Positions 19,392-29,254 of a stretch of 64,000 bases of DNA are shown here, piece by piece. The translations under genes were made by a program, and so were the position numbers. A model generated the notes under the pieces. It was not told where the DNA came from and ran no database searches. It saw nothing but the letters and a program-made list of their open reading frames with translations. Source of the DNA: an uncultured Gammaproteobacteria bacterium (GTDB lineage: Bacteria > Pseudomonadota > Gammaproteobacteria > Steroidobacterales > JBCCMA01); contig CAZXCL010000011.1 of the NCBI GenBank assembly GCA_964639265.1, positions 9,362-73,361 on the forward strand, read 5' to 3'. Position 1 is the stretch's first letter. Each line of letters opens with the position of its first letter.

Positions 19392-21218
19392 ATGATTAAA
19401 AAAATTCTAAAGTGGGCTGGCGCCGCACTCCTGATCGTAATTGCCGTGGGCGGCTCGTTCGCCGCACACGAGTGGTACGCCAAAAAGCCCCTCCTGTTTC
19501 GTGCCTATCTAGACCGGCAGATGGTCAAGATGGCGTTTGAGAACCCCGAGATGCTGACCTCATTGGGCTTTCTGGAGTCGATGGGAATCAAAGGCCACAA
19601 CGCCCACCTGGCCAACGCCCACCCCGACCAAACCGATGAGATGTTCGCCCGGATGAAGGTGTTTGGCGACGGGCTTGCACAATATGATGACAAGGACCTG
19701 GACGACAACCAGCGCCTGACCAAGGAGATCGCGCTTTACCTGACACAAATGCTCGGCGAGGCTGAGCGCTTTCGCTATCACACCTATCCGGCTAACCAGA
19801 TGGGCGGCATTCAAAGTTCGTTCGCAAGCTTTATGGACTCCAGTCATCAGGTCAAAACGCTCGAGGACGCCGAAAACTATCTGTCGCGCATGACCGAGGT
19901 ACCGCGCAAATACGAACAACAACTCCTGGGGCTGAAGCTGCGCGAGGAGCGCGACATTATTCCGCCGCGGTTTGTGATCCAGCGCGTGCTGGATGAAATT
20001 GCCGGCTTCGTCGAAACCCCGGCGCAGGAGAACATTCTCTATACATCGCTGGCCGAGAAAATGACTGAGGCCGACGAGATTGACGAGGCAAGCGCCGCGG
20101 ACATTCTCGCTCGCGCAGAAACCCTCATCAATGAAACCGTGTATCCAGCCTATGGTCTTTTCACGGACTATTTTACCGCGCTCAAGAGCAAGGCCGGCGA
20201 CGACCACGGCTACTGGCATCTGCCCGACGGCGCCGACGCCTACAAGCTCGCGTTGAAGCTCTTTACAACCACCGACTACACGGCCCAAGAAATCCATCAG
20301 ATCGGTGTGCGAGAAGTGGCACGCATCCAGGCCGAGATGATGGAGATTTTCGCGGCCGAAGGCATCGATGTTTCGAACGGCTACAAGGCGGCGATGGATG
20401 AATATTCCGCAAGACCCGAGTTTTACTACGAGGACAGCGACGAGGGGCGCGCGCAGATTCTTGCGGACTACCAGACCATACTCGATGAATTCGACGCCAA
20501 CCTCGCTGGCGCATTTAACATTCGCCCCGACGCGGGCATGGAGGTCAAGCGCATCCCCGAGTTTCGGGAGAAGACCGCCGCCGGCGCGTACTACGAGCAA
20601 CCTTCCATCGACGGCAGCCGACCCGGGCGCTTCTATGCCAATCTCTACGACATCAAGGCGACGCCCAAATTCGGCATGAAAACGCTGGCGGCGCATGAGG
20701 GCATTCCCGGCCATCATTTTCAGATCGCGATTGCGATGGAACTTGAAGGCATGCCGCTGATTCGCAGATTCTCGCCATTCATCGCCTACATTGAAGGCTG
20801 GGCGCTCTACGCCGAACGTGTCACCTGGGAACAAGGCCTGATGCCGACCGCCGCCGACAACATCGGACGACTGACGGCCGAGCTGTTCCGCGCTGTGCGC
20901 CTGGTGGTGGATACGGGCATTCATGAAAAGCGCTGGACACGTGAACAGGCCATCGACTACATGCTCGAAAACACTGGCATGGCTGAAAGTGATGTCACGG
21001 CGGAGATCGAACGCTACATCGTTATGCCGGGCCAGGCCACGGCCTACAAGGTCGGCATGATGAAGATCCTCGAGCTGCGCGAAAAATCGATGAACGCGCT
21101 GGGCGACAAATTCGACCTGCGCGATTTTCACGACGTGGTGCTGAAAAACGGCGCAGTACCGCTGGATATTCTCGAACGGCTTGTCGACGATTACATCGCG
21201 TCTGCGCAGTCGTCGTAA
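19392..21218 (+). CDS. DUF885 family protein (paralog of 17405-19180), membrane-anchored or secreted
   Basis: HEGIPGHHFQ motif. C-terminal half collinear with the neighbouring paralog (…VVDTGIH.KGWTREQAIDFML / …VVDTGIHEKRWTREQAIDYML). Start chosen at MIKKILKWAGAALLIVIAVGG. Confidence 0.8.
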   Translation: MIKKILKWAGAALLIVIAVGGSFAAHEWYAKKPLLFRAYLDRQMVKMAFENPEMLTSLGFLESMGIKGHNAHLANAHPDQTDEMFARMKVFGDGLAQYDDKDLDDNQRLTKEIALYLTQMLGEAERFRYHTYPANQMGGIQSSFASFMDSSHQVKTLEDAENYLSRMTEVPRKYEQQLLGLKLREERDIIPPRFVIQRVLDEIAGFVETPAQENILYTSLAEKMTEADEIDEASAADILARAETLINETVYPAYGLFTDYFTALKSKAGDDHGYWHLPDGADAYKLALKLFTTTDYTAQEIHQIGVREVARIQAEMMEIFAAEGIDVSNGYKAAMDEYSARPEFYYEDSDEGRAQILADYQTILDEFDANLAGAFNIRPDAGMEVKRIPEFREKTAAGAYYEQPSIDGSRPGRFYANLYDIKATPKFGMKTLAAHEGIPGHHFQIAIAMELEGMPLIRRFSPFIAYIEGWALYAERVTWEQGLMPTAADNIGRLTAELFRAVRLVVDTGIHEKRWTREQAIDYMLENTGMAESDVTAEIERYIVMPGQATAYKVGMMKILELREKSMNALGDKFDLRDFHDVVLKNGAVPLDILERLVDDYIASAQSS

Positions 21219-21221
21219 CGC

Positions 21222-22118
21222 TCAGCGAGCCGGGCGTACGGGCACGCCGACATTACACACGCTGATCTTGCCCGTTGGGTCAATGAACCACGGGTGTTTG
21301 CGGTGGGTGCGCGAACGCACGTAGCGCGCAAACGTCTCGGTGTCGGTACGCATGATCTCCAGATTGCTGCGTTGCTCTGGCGGCAGCTCGCTACCGAGGC
21401 GAATGGACACGATCGGCGTCGCCTCCTCCGGCGTTTCGTAAAAACCAAGCGCGCCGGTGCCTCTGGGCAAACTGCTCAGATGCTCGATGCCGGAAATGGC
21501 CCGCCCCAGTAGCGTGACATTGCGATCAAGGTGGCGCGGCGAGTGGCCGGTCACCACGTAGAGCTCCGCGCCGTTGCCGCTGTCTGCCTCCATACCGCGG
21601 CCGGCGCCCAGCGCGCCGTAGCAGTGAGTCAACCAGATTCGGTCCTCATCCGCCCCGGCGGCAAAGCCACCAGCAAACCCCACGACGTTGGCGTAGGCAT
21701 CGCAGCTGTCGATGGGATGAAAATCGATCGCATCGCGTGGTGAGAAGTATTCGCCGACAAGCCGGGACTCGGCATTGCCGAGAGACCTGGCCTTATCCGT
21801 GTTCGCATGGGGATCACCCCACTGGGCGACATAGTTGTCATGCGAACGGATCACCGCCAGCCCGTCAAAGTAGCGCTGTGCGACCAGAGTCTTGACGTTG
21901 GCAACGTGATCCGGAGCAAAATCCTGGGCCAGTTCAAAAATCACGACGCCACGATCGGTGGTCACATACAGCGTCATGTCGGGATCAAGTGCGCGCCAGT
22001 CCGAGGACGATGACTGCTCGATAACACCAGAGGGTGTCAGCGACAGCGACTCCGGGGCTTTGTGCGCCGCACAAGCACCGAGAAACAGGGTCAGGACGAC
22101 GGCAATCGTTGGTTTCAT
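21222..22118 (-). CDS. cyclophilin-like peptidyl-prolyl isomerase family lipoprotein (tentative)
   Basis: Lipobox MKPTIAVVLTLFLGAC. The segment DGLAVIRSHDNYVAQWGD resembles the cyclophilin FHRVIPGFMIQGGD core. The fold assignment is weak. Confidence 0.5.
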   Translation of the reverse strand: MKPTIAVVLTLFLGACAAHKAPESLSLTPSGVIEQSSSSDWRALDPDMTLYVTTDRGVVIFELAQDFAPDHVANVKTLVAQRYFDGLAVIRSHDNYVAQWGDPHANTDKARSLGNAESRLVGEYFSPRDAIDFHPIDSCDAYANVVGFAGGFAAGADEDRIWLTHCYGALGAGRGMEADSGNGAELYVVTGHSPRHLDRNVTLLGRAISGIEHLSSLPRGTGALGFYETPEEATPIVSIRLGSELPPEQRSNLEIMRTDTETFARYVRSRTHRKHPWFIDPTGKISVCNVGVPVRPAR

Positions 22119-22263
22119 ACTGGCACTTACATTCATAACGATCAGATAACAACAAAACATCCAAATGCGAGTATCGTCTCACGTACGCTTACTCGCATGT
22201 CTATCGTGCATGCATGTCAGGGACTGCTAAACTAGAAGTCTCCAGAAAAATACAGGAATAAAT

Positions 22264-22899
22264 ATGAACAACAAAATCCGATTGTTAGCAATTCTGGCGC
22301 TGTTTTGCGCACCCGCCGCTCAGGCCGGCATTCTGCAGTTCACCTTTTCAGGGTCCCTGACCCACGACCTTCTGACCGGCCAGGAGACGGCGACTGAATC
22401 GGCGTACTCCGGTACCATCTTTATTGATTCGACCGCGCCTGATACCGCTGCGGAAGCCAACCGCGGCCGCTATCAGGATGCGGTAACTGGCGGCTCTATG
22501 CAGTGGGACGGCGTCGAATACGAAGCGTTGCAGGCGTCAAGTTTTGTGTTCGTGGTGGACCAGTTTGCCGGCAGCCTTGAAGCAGACGTGTTTGCGATAT
22601 TGTTTGATATGCAGGCGGCCGACGGCAGCAGCTTTATTTTCAGCGTCCAGCTCACCGACTTTACGCAGAGCATTTTTTCGAGCGACGCCATGCCGAGCAG
22701 CTTCGACCTGACGCAATTCGCCGGTTTTGATCCCATGGATATCACCAGTTCGTTTGGATCGGTGATAGGGCCCAACATCATGGGCGCGTTCGACTCTGCG
22801 CAGCTCACTGCGGTTCCCAACGCCGCCACGATCTGGCTAGTGGCCATCGGCGGAGCCATGTTTGCTTACCGCCGACGTCGCGCGCGCGCAGGCTCATAA
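22264..22899 (+). CDS. secreted protein with PEP-CTERM-like C-terminal sorting signal (variant VPNA motif)
   Basis: Signal peptide MNNKIRLLAILALFCAPAAQA. C-terminus AVPNAATIWLVAIGGAMFAYRRRRARAGS has a Pro motif, a TM helix and an Arg cluster, matching the PEP-CTERM architecture. Confidence 0.55.
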   Translation: MNNKIRLLAILALFCAPAAQAGILQFTFSGSLTHDLLTGQETATESAYSGTIFIDSTAPDTAAEANRGRYQDAVTGGSMQWDGVEYEALQASSFVFVVDQFAGSLEADVFAILFDMQAADGSSFIFSVQLTDFTQSIFSSDAMPSSFDLTQFAGFDPMDITSSFGSVIGPNIMGAFDSAQLTAVPNAATIWLVAIGGAMFAYRRRRARAGS

Positions 22900-25218
22900 A
22901 GACTCTGGCCGTGCCAGATGCTCGATGAAGTAGTCTGTCATCATGGTGTGAAGGTGCAGTGATGTACCTTCACCCTTTCTGATCCCGTGCTGCCGATTCG
23001 GATAGGCAAAAAAATCGAACTGGCGGTTGTGTTTGACCAGCTCATTGATTAGCCGCTCGGCGCCCTGATAATGCACGTTGTCATCGCCGGTGCCGTGCAC
23101 CAGCAATAGCTTGCCCTTGAGCTGCGAGGCAAAAGTGATCGGCGAGCCCTGCTGGTAGCCCTCTTCGAATTCGCTGAGCAGTCCTGAATAGCGCTCCTGA
23201 TAGATAGAGTCATACAACTTCTGATCAGGCACCGGCGCGCGCGACACTCCCACGTGGTATTGATCCGGGTAGCGAAACAACATGTTTAGCGTCATCGAAC
23301 CGCCGCCGGAGTGACCCCAGATACCTACCCGATCGCAGTCGATAAATGTCCATCGCTCGCACATGGCACTAAGCGCGTCCGACTGATCACGAGAACTCAG
23401 GATACCGATGCCGCCATAGATCGAACGACGCCAGTCACGGCCACGTGGGGCCTTGGTTCCGCGATTGTCGACCGAAGCAATGACATACCCTTTTTGTGAC
23501 ATCAGCAGATGCCACATACCGCGATCGCCGTGCCAGTCGTCGGTAACGGTTTGCCCGGCCGGCTCGCCGTACACGAAATTGATGATCGGGTAGCGAGCGC
23601 TCTTGTCGAACTGCGGCGGACGCAGCAAAAAGCCGTCTAGCGGCAAGCCGTCACGCGCCTGAACCTGGAAAAACTCGACGCTGCTCTTGGCAAGCGCCTG
23701 CATTGCGCTGGCGAGCTCAGCGTTATCCTCGAGCACGTGCAGCGGCTCGTGATCCGGCAACGATATCAATCGATACACGGGCGGGGACAAAAACCGGGCG
23801 TGACGATGAATGGCCCAGCGCGAATCGGTCGAAACCTGATAGGTGTTGGTGCCTGGGTAACTGTCAGGGGTCAGGCGCTGCATTTGTCCGCTGCCGTCGA
23901 GCCGACTCCGATACAAGTAACGCTGCGTCACGTTGTCCGGCGAGGCCAGAAAATACAGCCACCCATCCGCCTGATCGATCGAGAGCATCTCCACGACGTC
24001 AAACTCGCCCGCCGTCAAATCGACGAAGTCTGTCCCATCGCGTGCAACGGAGTAGACGTGCCGCCAGCCGCTGCGCTCGCTGGTCCACAAAAACCGGTCG
24101 GTCGCCTCAATCCACTCCGGATCAAACACATCTTCGATGAAGGTGTCTTCACGCTCGACAAACACCTCGGTCGCAATGCCCGTTTCGACATCGGCATAAA
24201 ACACCCGGTTGGTGTCCTGCTTGCGATTCATCTGCTGAACCATCAGCTGCTCTGAGTTTTGCGCCCAGTCCATGCGCGGTACATACATGTCCTTTGCTAT
24301 ACCGGGCAGATCGATCCACACCGTCTCCTGATCACTGATCGTGGCAACGCCGATACGGGCCGCCGAATTTTCCTGCCCTACCTTCGGATAGGGAATCGCG
24401 GAGACCACCGGATAAAGCGTATCGGTATTGTTGATGATGAAAAAATCACGAGCCGCGTGGGTATCCAGCTGCCAGTATGCAATTCGCTTGCTGTCGGGAC
24501 TCCAACGGAAGCCATCGCGGATGCTGAATTCCTCTTCGTAGGCCCAATCGAAGTGACCGTTTATGACGGTGTCCGAGGCGTCGCTGGTAAGCGCAACAAC
24601 ACCAAGCGTCGACAGATCCTGAACGTAAATGTTGTCACGCCACACGTAGGCAAACTTCGATGCATCCGGCGACAGTTTGCCAAACATCATGCGTGACTCT
24701 TCGCGCTTGTCGCCGCCCAGTTGCTGCAGGGCTCCCGATTCAATATCGAGCAGCCAGTAGTCACCCCTGTCCCGTTTCCGCCAGACCTTTCGCGCATTGG
24801 CAAACAGCAGCAATTTTGATTTGTCTTCCGACCAGAAATAGTTGTCGACCGCGAGTGCCTGAGCGTCGCCTGCCGGCGTCAGTTGCGTCAGCGAAAACAA
24901 CACCTCCCGGCGGAGCGTCAGCGGGTCGTAGAAAACGATCTCGCGATAGGGATTGATGTCATTGCCCAGCTCGTCGAGCTCGAGCTCCACGTCCGCAAAC
25001 TCAGCTACCGTTTCAAGCGTCGTGTAGCCTGAACCATCCTCCAGCCAGCGCACTTTGCCGGGCTCCTCGGCCTTGTAGACACGTTCTTCGAAAATCGTCT
25101 CGTTGGTAAGCAACTCGCCGCTACTTGTGGACATGACACTTTCCTGGATGGGATGTTGGCTACAGGCGGCCAACGTCACTGTCGTTAGCGCGCCGAGACT
25201 GAAAAGACGATTTCGCAT
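22894..25218 (-). CDS. S9 family dipeptidyl-peptidase IV-like serine peptidase, lipoprotein
   Basis: Lipobox MRNRLFSLGALTTVTLAAC. DPP IV N-terminal propeller-like region. Nucleophile GIWGHSGGG, then DDNVHY and a C-terminal His. Confidence 0.85.
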   Translation of the reverse strand: MRNRLFSLGALTTVTLAACSQHPIQESVMSTSSGELLTNETIFEERVYKAEEPGKVRWLEDGSGYTTLETVAEFADVELELDELGNDINPYREIVFYDPLTLRREVLFSLTQLTPAGDAQALAVDNYFWSEDKSKLLLFANARKVWRKRDRGDYWLLDIESGALQQLGGDKREESRMMFGKLSPDASKFAYVWRDNIYVQDLSTLGVVALTSDASDTVINGHFDWAYEEEFSIRDGFRWSPDSKRIAYWQLDTHAARDFFIINNTDTLYPVVSAIPYPKVGQENSAARIGVATISDQETVWIDLPGIAKDMYVPRMDWAQNSEQLMVQQMNRKQDTNRVFYADVETGIATEVFVEREDTFIEDVFDPEWIEATDRFLWTSERSGWRHVYSVARDGTDFVDLTAGEFDVVEMLSIDQADGWLYFLASPDNVTQRYLYRSRLDGSGQMQRLTPDSYPGTNTYQVSTDSRWAIHRHARFLSPPVYRLISLPDHEPLHVLEDNAELASAMQALAKSSVEFFQVQARDGLPLDGFLLRPPQFDKSARYPIINFVYGEPAGQTVTDDWHGDRGMWHLLMSQKGYVIASVDNRGTKAPRGRDWRRSIYGGIGILSSRDQSDALSAMCERWTFIDCDRVGIWGHSGGGSMTLNMLFRYPDQYHVGVSRAPVPDQKLYDSIYQERYSGLLSEFEEGYQQGSPITFASQLKGKLLLVHGTGDDNVHYQGAERLINELVKHNRQFDFFAYPNRQHGIRKGEGTSLHLHTMMTDYFIEHLARPESL

Positions 25219-25258
25219 AGTTACGCTGCCGGAAAAAAGGAGGATCAGAGCATACTGC

Positions 25259-25726
25259 CTACAAACGGTAATTTGGTAGATCAACACTCTTGGCGTGTTC
25301 GAAGATCAGCCCGGTCTCTATCTGACCCACCTCATGCCGCGAGGTAAACGACCGCATCGCGAGCTCACGCAGGTGCTCAGAATCCCTGACCCACACGTGA
25401 ATCAAAAAATCGTTGGCGCCGGCCACATGATAAAGCTGCACCACTTCACGGAGCGCCAACGCGTGTTCGCGAAACGCCATGACGTCCTGTTCACTATGAC
25501 GTTGCAGCCTCACGGAGATCATGGCCTGCAGTCCAACCCCGAGACTCGCCGGCTCTATGTCGGCGTGGAAGCCGCGCAGAAGTCCGGCCGATTGCAATGT
25601 TCGGACTCTGACCAAGGTGCTGGATGCGGACAATCCGATGCGATCGGCCAGCTCCTTGTTGCTCAGCCGAGCATTGTTTCGCAACTCCCGCAGGATTTCG
25701 CAGTCGATTCGGTCGGGTTCGAACAT
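25259..25726 (-). CDS. Lrp/AsnC family transcriptional regulator
   Basis: N-terminal HTH DCEILRELRNNARLSNKELADRIGLSASSTLVRVRTL and a C-terminal RAM domain. Divergent from the PLP-enzyme gene. Confidence 0.85.
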   Translation of the reverse strand: MFEPDRIDCEILRELRNNARLSNKELADRIGLSASSTLVRVRTLQSAGLLRGFHADIEPASLGVGLQAMISVRLQRHSEQDVMAFREHALALREVVQLYHVAGANDFLIHVWVRDSEHLRELAMRSFTSRHEVGQIETGLIFEHAKSVDLPNYRL

Positions 25727-25877
25727 AACAGACCTTCTTCGCATATTCTTCGGTAATAGATTCTCATGCCAAGGATCGTGCTATCAATACGGCATTCAAA
25801 GTCAGATTACACGTATTTATCGTGAAATACCCGAATACCATGCTTTCCATCACCACTCAATCCACAGGTAATGCATC

Positions 25878-27104
25878 ATGAGCGCCACAGACCCAATCCG
25901 ACGCCTGGCTAAAACACGTCGAGAGTTTGGCGAGCACGGCGGCGTCAACATGTCCGTCGAGGCCAGCACCACCTTTACTGTCATGGAACCGGGCACCATG
26001 CCCGAGCTGTTTGAGGGGCGAAAATCCGCCCCGGAAGGCTGCTACCTGTACGGACGGCATTTCAATCCGACCGTCTATCATCTGAGTCGTCAGCTGGCCG
26101 CTCTTGAAGGCACACAAGCCGCCTACTGCACGGCAAGCGGCATGGCGGCTATATCTGCGGCGGTTCTACAATTGTGCAGTGCCGGCGATCACATCGTGGC
26201 GTCCAACACGATTTACGGCGGCAGCTATGCACTGTTTCACGATTTTCTGCCCGCCAAGAGCAACATCCAGACCTCGTTTGTGGACATCAGCGATCTTGCG
26301 GCCGTCGAGGCAGCGGCGAAGGGCAACACCAGGATCATCTACGCCGAGAGCATTTCGAACCCGACCCTACGCGTTTGCAACATCCCGGCACTGGCAAAAA
26401 TCGCCCGCGACAATGACGCACAACTGATCATCGACAACACCTTCAGTCCGTTGCTCATCAATCCAGCCGAACTTGGCGCCGACGTGGTCGTGCACAGCCT
26501 GACCAAATTTATCAATGGCGCCTCCGACATTATCGCCGGCGCCGTCTGTGGAAGCGTCGAATTTGTACAGGGACTGATGGATCTGCACACCGGCCCGCTG
26601 ATGGTGCTTGGCCCGACCATGGATCCGACCGTCGCCTCCAAAATCAGTCTGCGAATTCCGCACCTTGGCCTTCGCGTCGCCGAGCATGCCAAACGCGCGC
26701 AGGTCTTTGCCGAACGGTTGTCAGAACTCGGCGTCTCGGTGAGCTATCCGGGCCTGCCGAACCATCCGGACTTTGAACTGCTGCAGAAACTGCGCTGCGC
26801 CGACTACGGTTTTGGCGGCATCCTGACGCTGGATCTTGGCAGCGAGCAGCGCGCCAACAAGCTGATGGATCTGCTGCAAAACCGCTACGGCTTTGGTTAC
26901 ATGGCCGTGAGTCTCGGCTATTTCGATACCCTGATGTCGTCGCCCGGCAGCAGCACGTCGAGTGAAATGAGCGACGAGGACTTGTCGGTGGCGGGTATCG
27001 GTGAGGGGCTGATCCGCATGTCGGTAGGTTTCACCGGATCGCTGGAACAGCGCTGGCAGCAACTTGCAGGGGCATTGTCCGATCTGAACGTTGCTGCAGC
27101 CTAG
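25878..27104 (+). CDS. Cys/Met-metabolism PLP-dependent enzyme (methionine gamma-lyase / cystathionine gamma-synthase family)
   Basis: PLP lysine motif HSLTKFINGASDIIAGAV and overall 408-aa gamma-family fold signature. Confidence 0.8.
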   Translation: MSATDPIRRLAKTRREFGEHGGVNMSVEASTTFTVMEPGTMPELFEGRKSAPEGCYLYGRHFNPTVYHLSRQLAALEGTQAAYCTASGMAAISAAVLQLCSAGDHIVASNTIYGGSYALFHDFLPAKSNIQTSFVDISDLAAVEAAAKGNTRIIYAESISNPTLRVCNIPALAKIARDNDAQLIIDNTFSPLLINPAELGADVVVHSLTKFINGASDIIAGAVCGSVEFVQGLMDLHTGPLMVLGPTMDPTVASKISLRIPHLGLRVAEHAKRAQVFAERLSELGVSVSYPGLPNHPDFELLQKLRCADYGFGGILTLDLGSEQRANKLMDLLQNRYGFGYMAVSLGYFDTLMSSPGSSTSSEMSDEDLSVAGIGEGLIRMSVGFTGSLEQRWQQLAGALSDLNVAAA

Positions 27105-28279
27105 TTCGAAGGCGCGCCGTCGTCGCGCTGCTCGTTGCGATACGCCGACGGCGTCATGCCTGTGGCCTTACGAAACGCCTTGTAAAACGCACTGCGAGAA
27201 TTGAAGCCCACGTCATTGGCGATATCGACGACCGTACGCTCGCCGGCAAGAACCAGCGGCATAGCTTCACGCACACGCCACTGATTCACGTAGTCAAAGA
27301 AACTCGCCGACAGCGTTTCGTTCAGCGTCTGGGATACGTAGTTGGGCGTCACGCCGATGGCCGACGATAACTCGCCCAGCGACAAATTTGGCTCGCGATA
27401 GATTTTATCGTTCGACATTGCCTGCTCAATTTTCGCGGCAATGCGCTCAGCATCTGAACCCTGCAACGCCGAGCGTTCGTACTTGGGTCCGGGCGTTGCC
27501 GGCGCGGTTTGCGCCGCCTCGGCGTAGTAGCGGTCAAAACCCGGGCGTTGCCGCAAACCCCAGATCGCCAGAATATAGACCAGCAGAAGCGATACCAAAG
27601 CGTCTGTCACGTGTCCCGCCTTGGTCTCGGTTAACGCCTCGAAGAACGTATTCATCAGCAACCAAAGCCAGGAGAACACGAGCAATCCCAGCACCCAGAT
27701 AATCCAGCCAAGCTCTCGCTGGCGAGTACTTGCGAAGAAATCGCGCAGATGCGACCGGTAGCGGATCAGTCGGCGCACGATCAGCACAATGTAGATCGCG
27801 GTCTGCACAAACCACAGCAGCACCAGGACCATCGCCAGAATGGCCAGCGTGTTCAGAAAAACGGTATTGGGCCCGGGATAATCGTCCGACAAAAGACGCA
27901 GACGCCCCTCAGTTGGCAGCATCAGCAATACCCCTGCCAGCGCCACTGCGTAGGCGATCGGGGCCAGATGCTTCCAACCCGGCCAGCGCCATTGCCAGCG
28001 TTCTGTGGCTGTCAATGCCACCACATAGAGCCACAGCGTGGGGCCGAGCAGCATCATGTGCGGGAAATAGACAATGTCCGCAACGACCTCAGCGTGCGGA
28101 CCAATCAGACCCACCAAAGGACCCACCTCTGTTACTAGGTTGGCGCAAAAAAACGCCACGAGCGGCCACAGCCAGGGCTGCTGCTGCGCGCGCGTCACCA
28201 GCATCGTAATGACGAGCAGCGACATACCGAGCACGGCGCTCGAGGCCAGAACTTCGATTGAGGGGACAGGGTCAGGCAT
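27101..28279 (-). CDS. AraC-family transcriptional regulator with N-terminal multi-pass (about 7-8 TM) membrane domain
   Basis: C-terminal AraC HTH (SAIGVTPNYVSQTLN...FNSRSAFYKAFRKATGMTPSAYR) preceded by about 300 aa of TM helices. Start MPDPVPS at 28279 with an AGGTGA SD. Confidence 0.7.
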   Translation of the reverse strand: MPDPVPSIEVLASSAVLGMSLLVITMLVTRAQQQPWLWPLVAFFCANLVTEVGPLVGLIGPHAEVVADIVYFPHMMLLGPTLWLYVVALTATERWQWRWPGWKHLAPIAYAVALAGVLLMLPTEGRLRLLSDDYPGPNTVFLNTLAILAMVLVLLWFVQTAIYIVLIVRRLIRYRSHLRDFFASTRQRELGWIIWVLGLLVFSWLWLLMNTFFEALTETKAGHVTDALVSLLLVYILAIWGLRQRPGFDRYYAEAAQTAPATPGPKYERSALQGSDAERIAAKIEQAMSNDKIYREPNLSLGELSSAIGVTPNYVSQTLNETLSASFFDYVNQWRVREAMPLVLAGERTVVDIANDVGFNSRSAFYKAFRKATGMTPSAYRNEQRDDGAPSN

Positions 28280-28462
28280 GACCCGAATCACCTTGTTGCA
28301 GTGCGCCGATCGAGTCAACCCGCTCCAATCACGCATGGTCTTCTGAGTGTCCTTCCCGTCACGCGAGGTCAGATACAGCGTCCTTGCGTGCCGGAACAGG
28401 CGCGACTGGCCGCCATTGTGGCCAGCATGAACCTACGCGTCATCCACGACGCGCAAGGAGAG

Positions 28463-29239
28463 ATGATTATGTTTATGAAACGAAACGCACTGTCGGCGGT
28501 CTGTGGCCTGTGCATCGGCATCAGCGGTTTGAGCGCCTGCGCAGACGACTCGTCGGACGACGGGGGCAACTCACCACCCGGATGGATCGTCGGTCTTGCC
28601 TATATATCGGCACCGGACCCCTATGTCGGCAGCGTTGAGGATGCGAGCACCGTTGTACCGCTGGTGGGCTACATCGGCGAGCGGCTCACCTGGATTGGTC
28701 CCTCAATTGAATACAGGCTACTGGAGGTATCCGCGCTGCAGCTGGGTATCGAAGCACGCTATCGCTTTGAAGGGTTTAGTGACGACAACATGCTCAGCGG
28801 CGAGCTGGACCGCCGTGATGGTTCCTTCGATGTGGGCTTCACACTGGATTACGGCCCTTTTGCGCTTGATGTCGTGACCGATGCCTCCGGCACCCACAAC
28901 GGATCGGAGGCCCGGCTTGGCGCAGGTCTTGAGTTTGACCTCAGTGACCGACTGAGTGTAGCGCCAAGTGTGTCGGCTACCTACAAGAACGCCAAACTCA
29001 CCAACTACTACTACGGCGTCAATGCTACCGAGGCGACGGCCAACCGGCCTGCCTACGCTCCGGGCTCCGCTTTGAACTTCGCCGCGGGCGTTGAGCTGAA
29101 CTACACACTCAGCCAACGCTCCCTGATCACCATTGGCCTAGATCTGGAACACCTCGACAACTCGCTGCGCGCCAGTCCTCTCATCAATTCCAACCGCCAG
29201 TGGTCGGCTTTCGCCGGCGTGCTGTTTGACGTCTTCTAG
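28463..29239 (+). CDS. MipA/OmpV family outer-membrane protein
   Basis: Signal peptide MKRNALSAVCGLCIGISGLSACA (start ambiguous between 28463, 28469 and 28475). Alternating beta-strand pattern and C-terminal aromatic AFAGVLFDVF typical of an OM beta-barrel. Matches the MipA family pattern (…GLEARYRFEGF… YYYGV). Confidence 0.7.
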   Translation: MIMFMKRNALSAVCGLCIGISGLSACADDSSDDGGNSPPGWIVGLAYISAPDPYVGSVEDASTVVPLVGYIGERLTWIGPSIEYRLLEVSALQLGIEARYRFEGFSDDNMLSGELDRRDGSFDVGFTLDYGPFALDVVTDASGTHNGSEARLGAGLEFDLSDRLSVAPSVSATYKNAKLTNYYYGVNATEATANRPAYAPGSALNFAAGVELNYTLSQRSLITIGLDLEHLDNSLRASPLINSNRQWSAFAGVLFDVF

Positions 29240-29254
29240 CTCGGGAGTTTCAAC

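Noticed and set aside
19560-21131. 523-aa ORF on the minus strand
   Set aside because: Entirely antisense to the DUF885 gene (19392-21218), which has clear family motifs. Its translation is Arg/Gly/His-rich low-complexity sequence, typical of spurious antisense frames in high-GC DNA.
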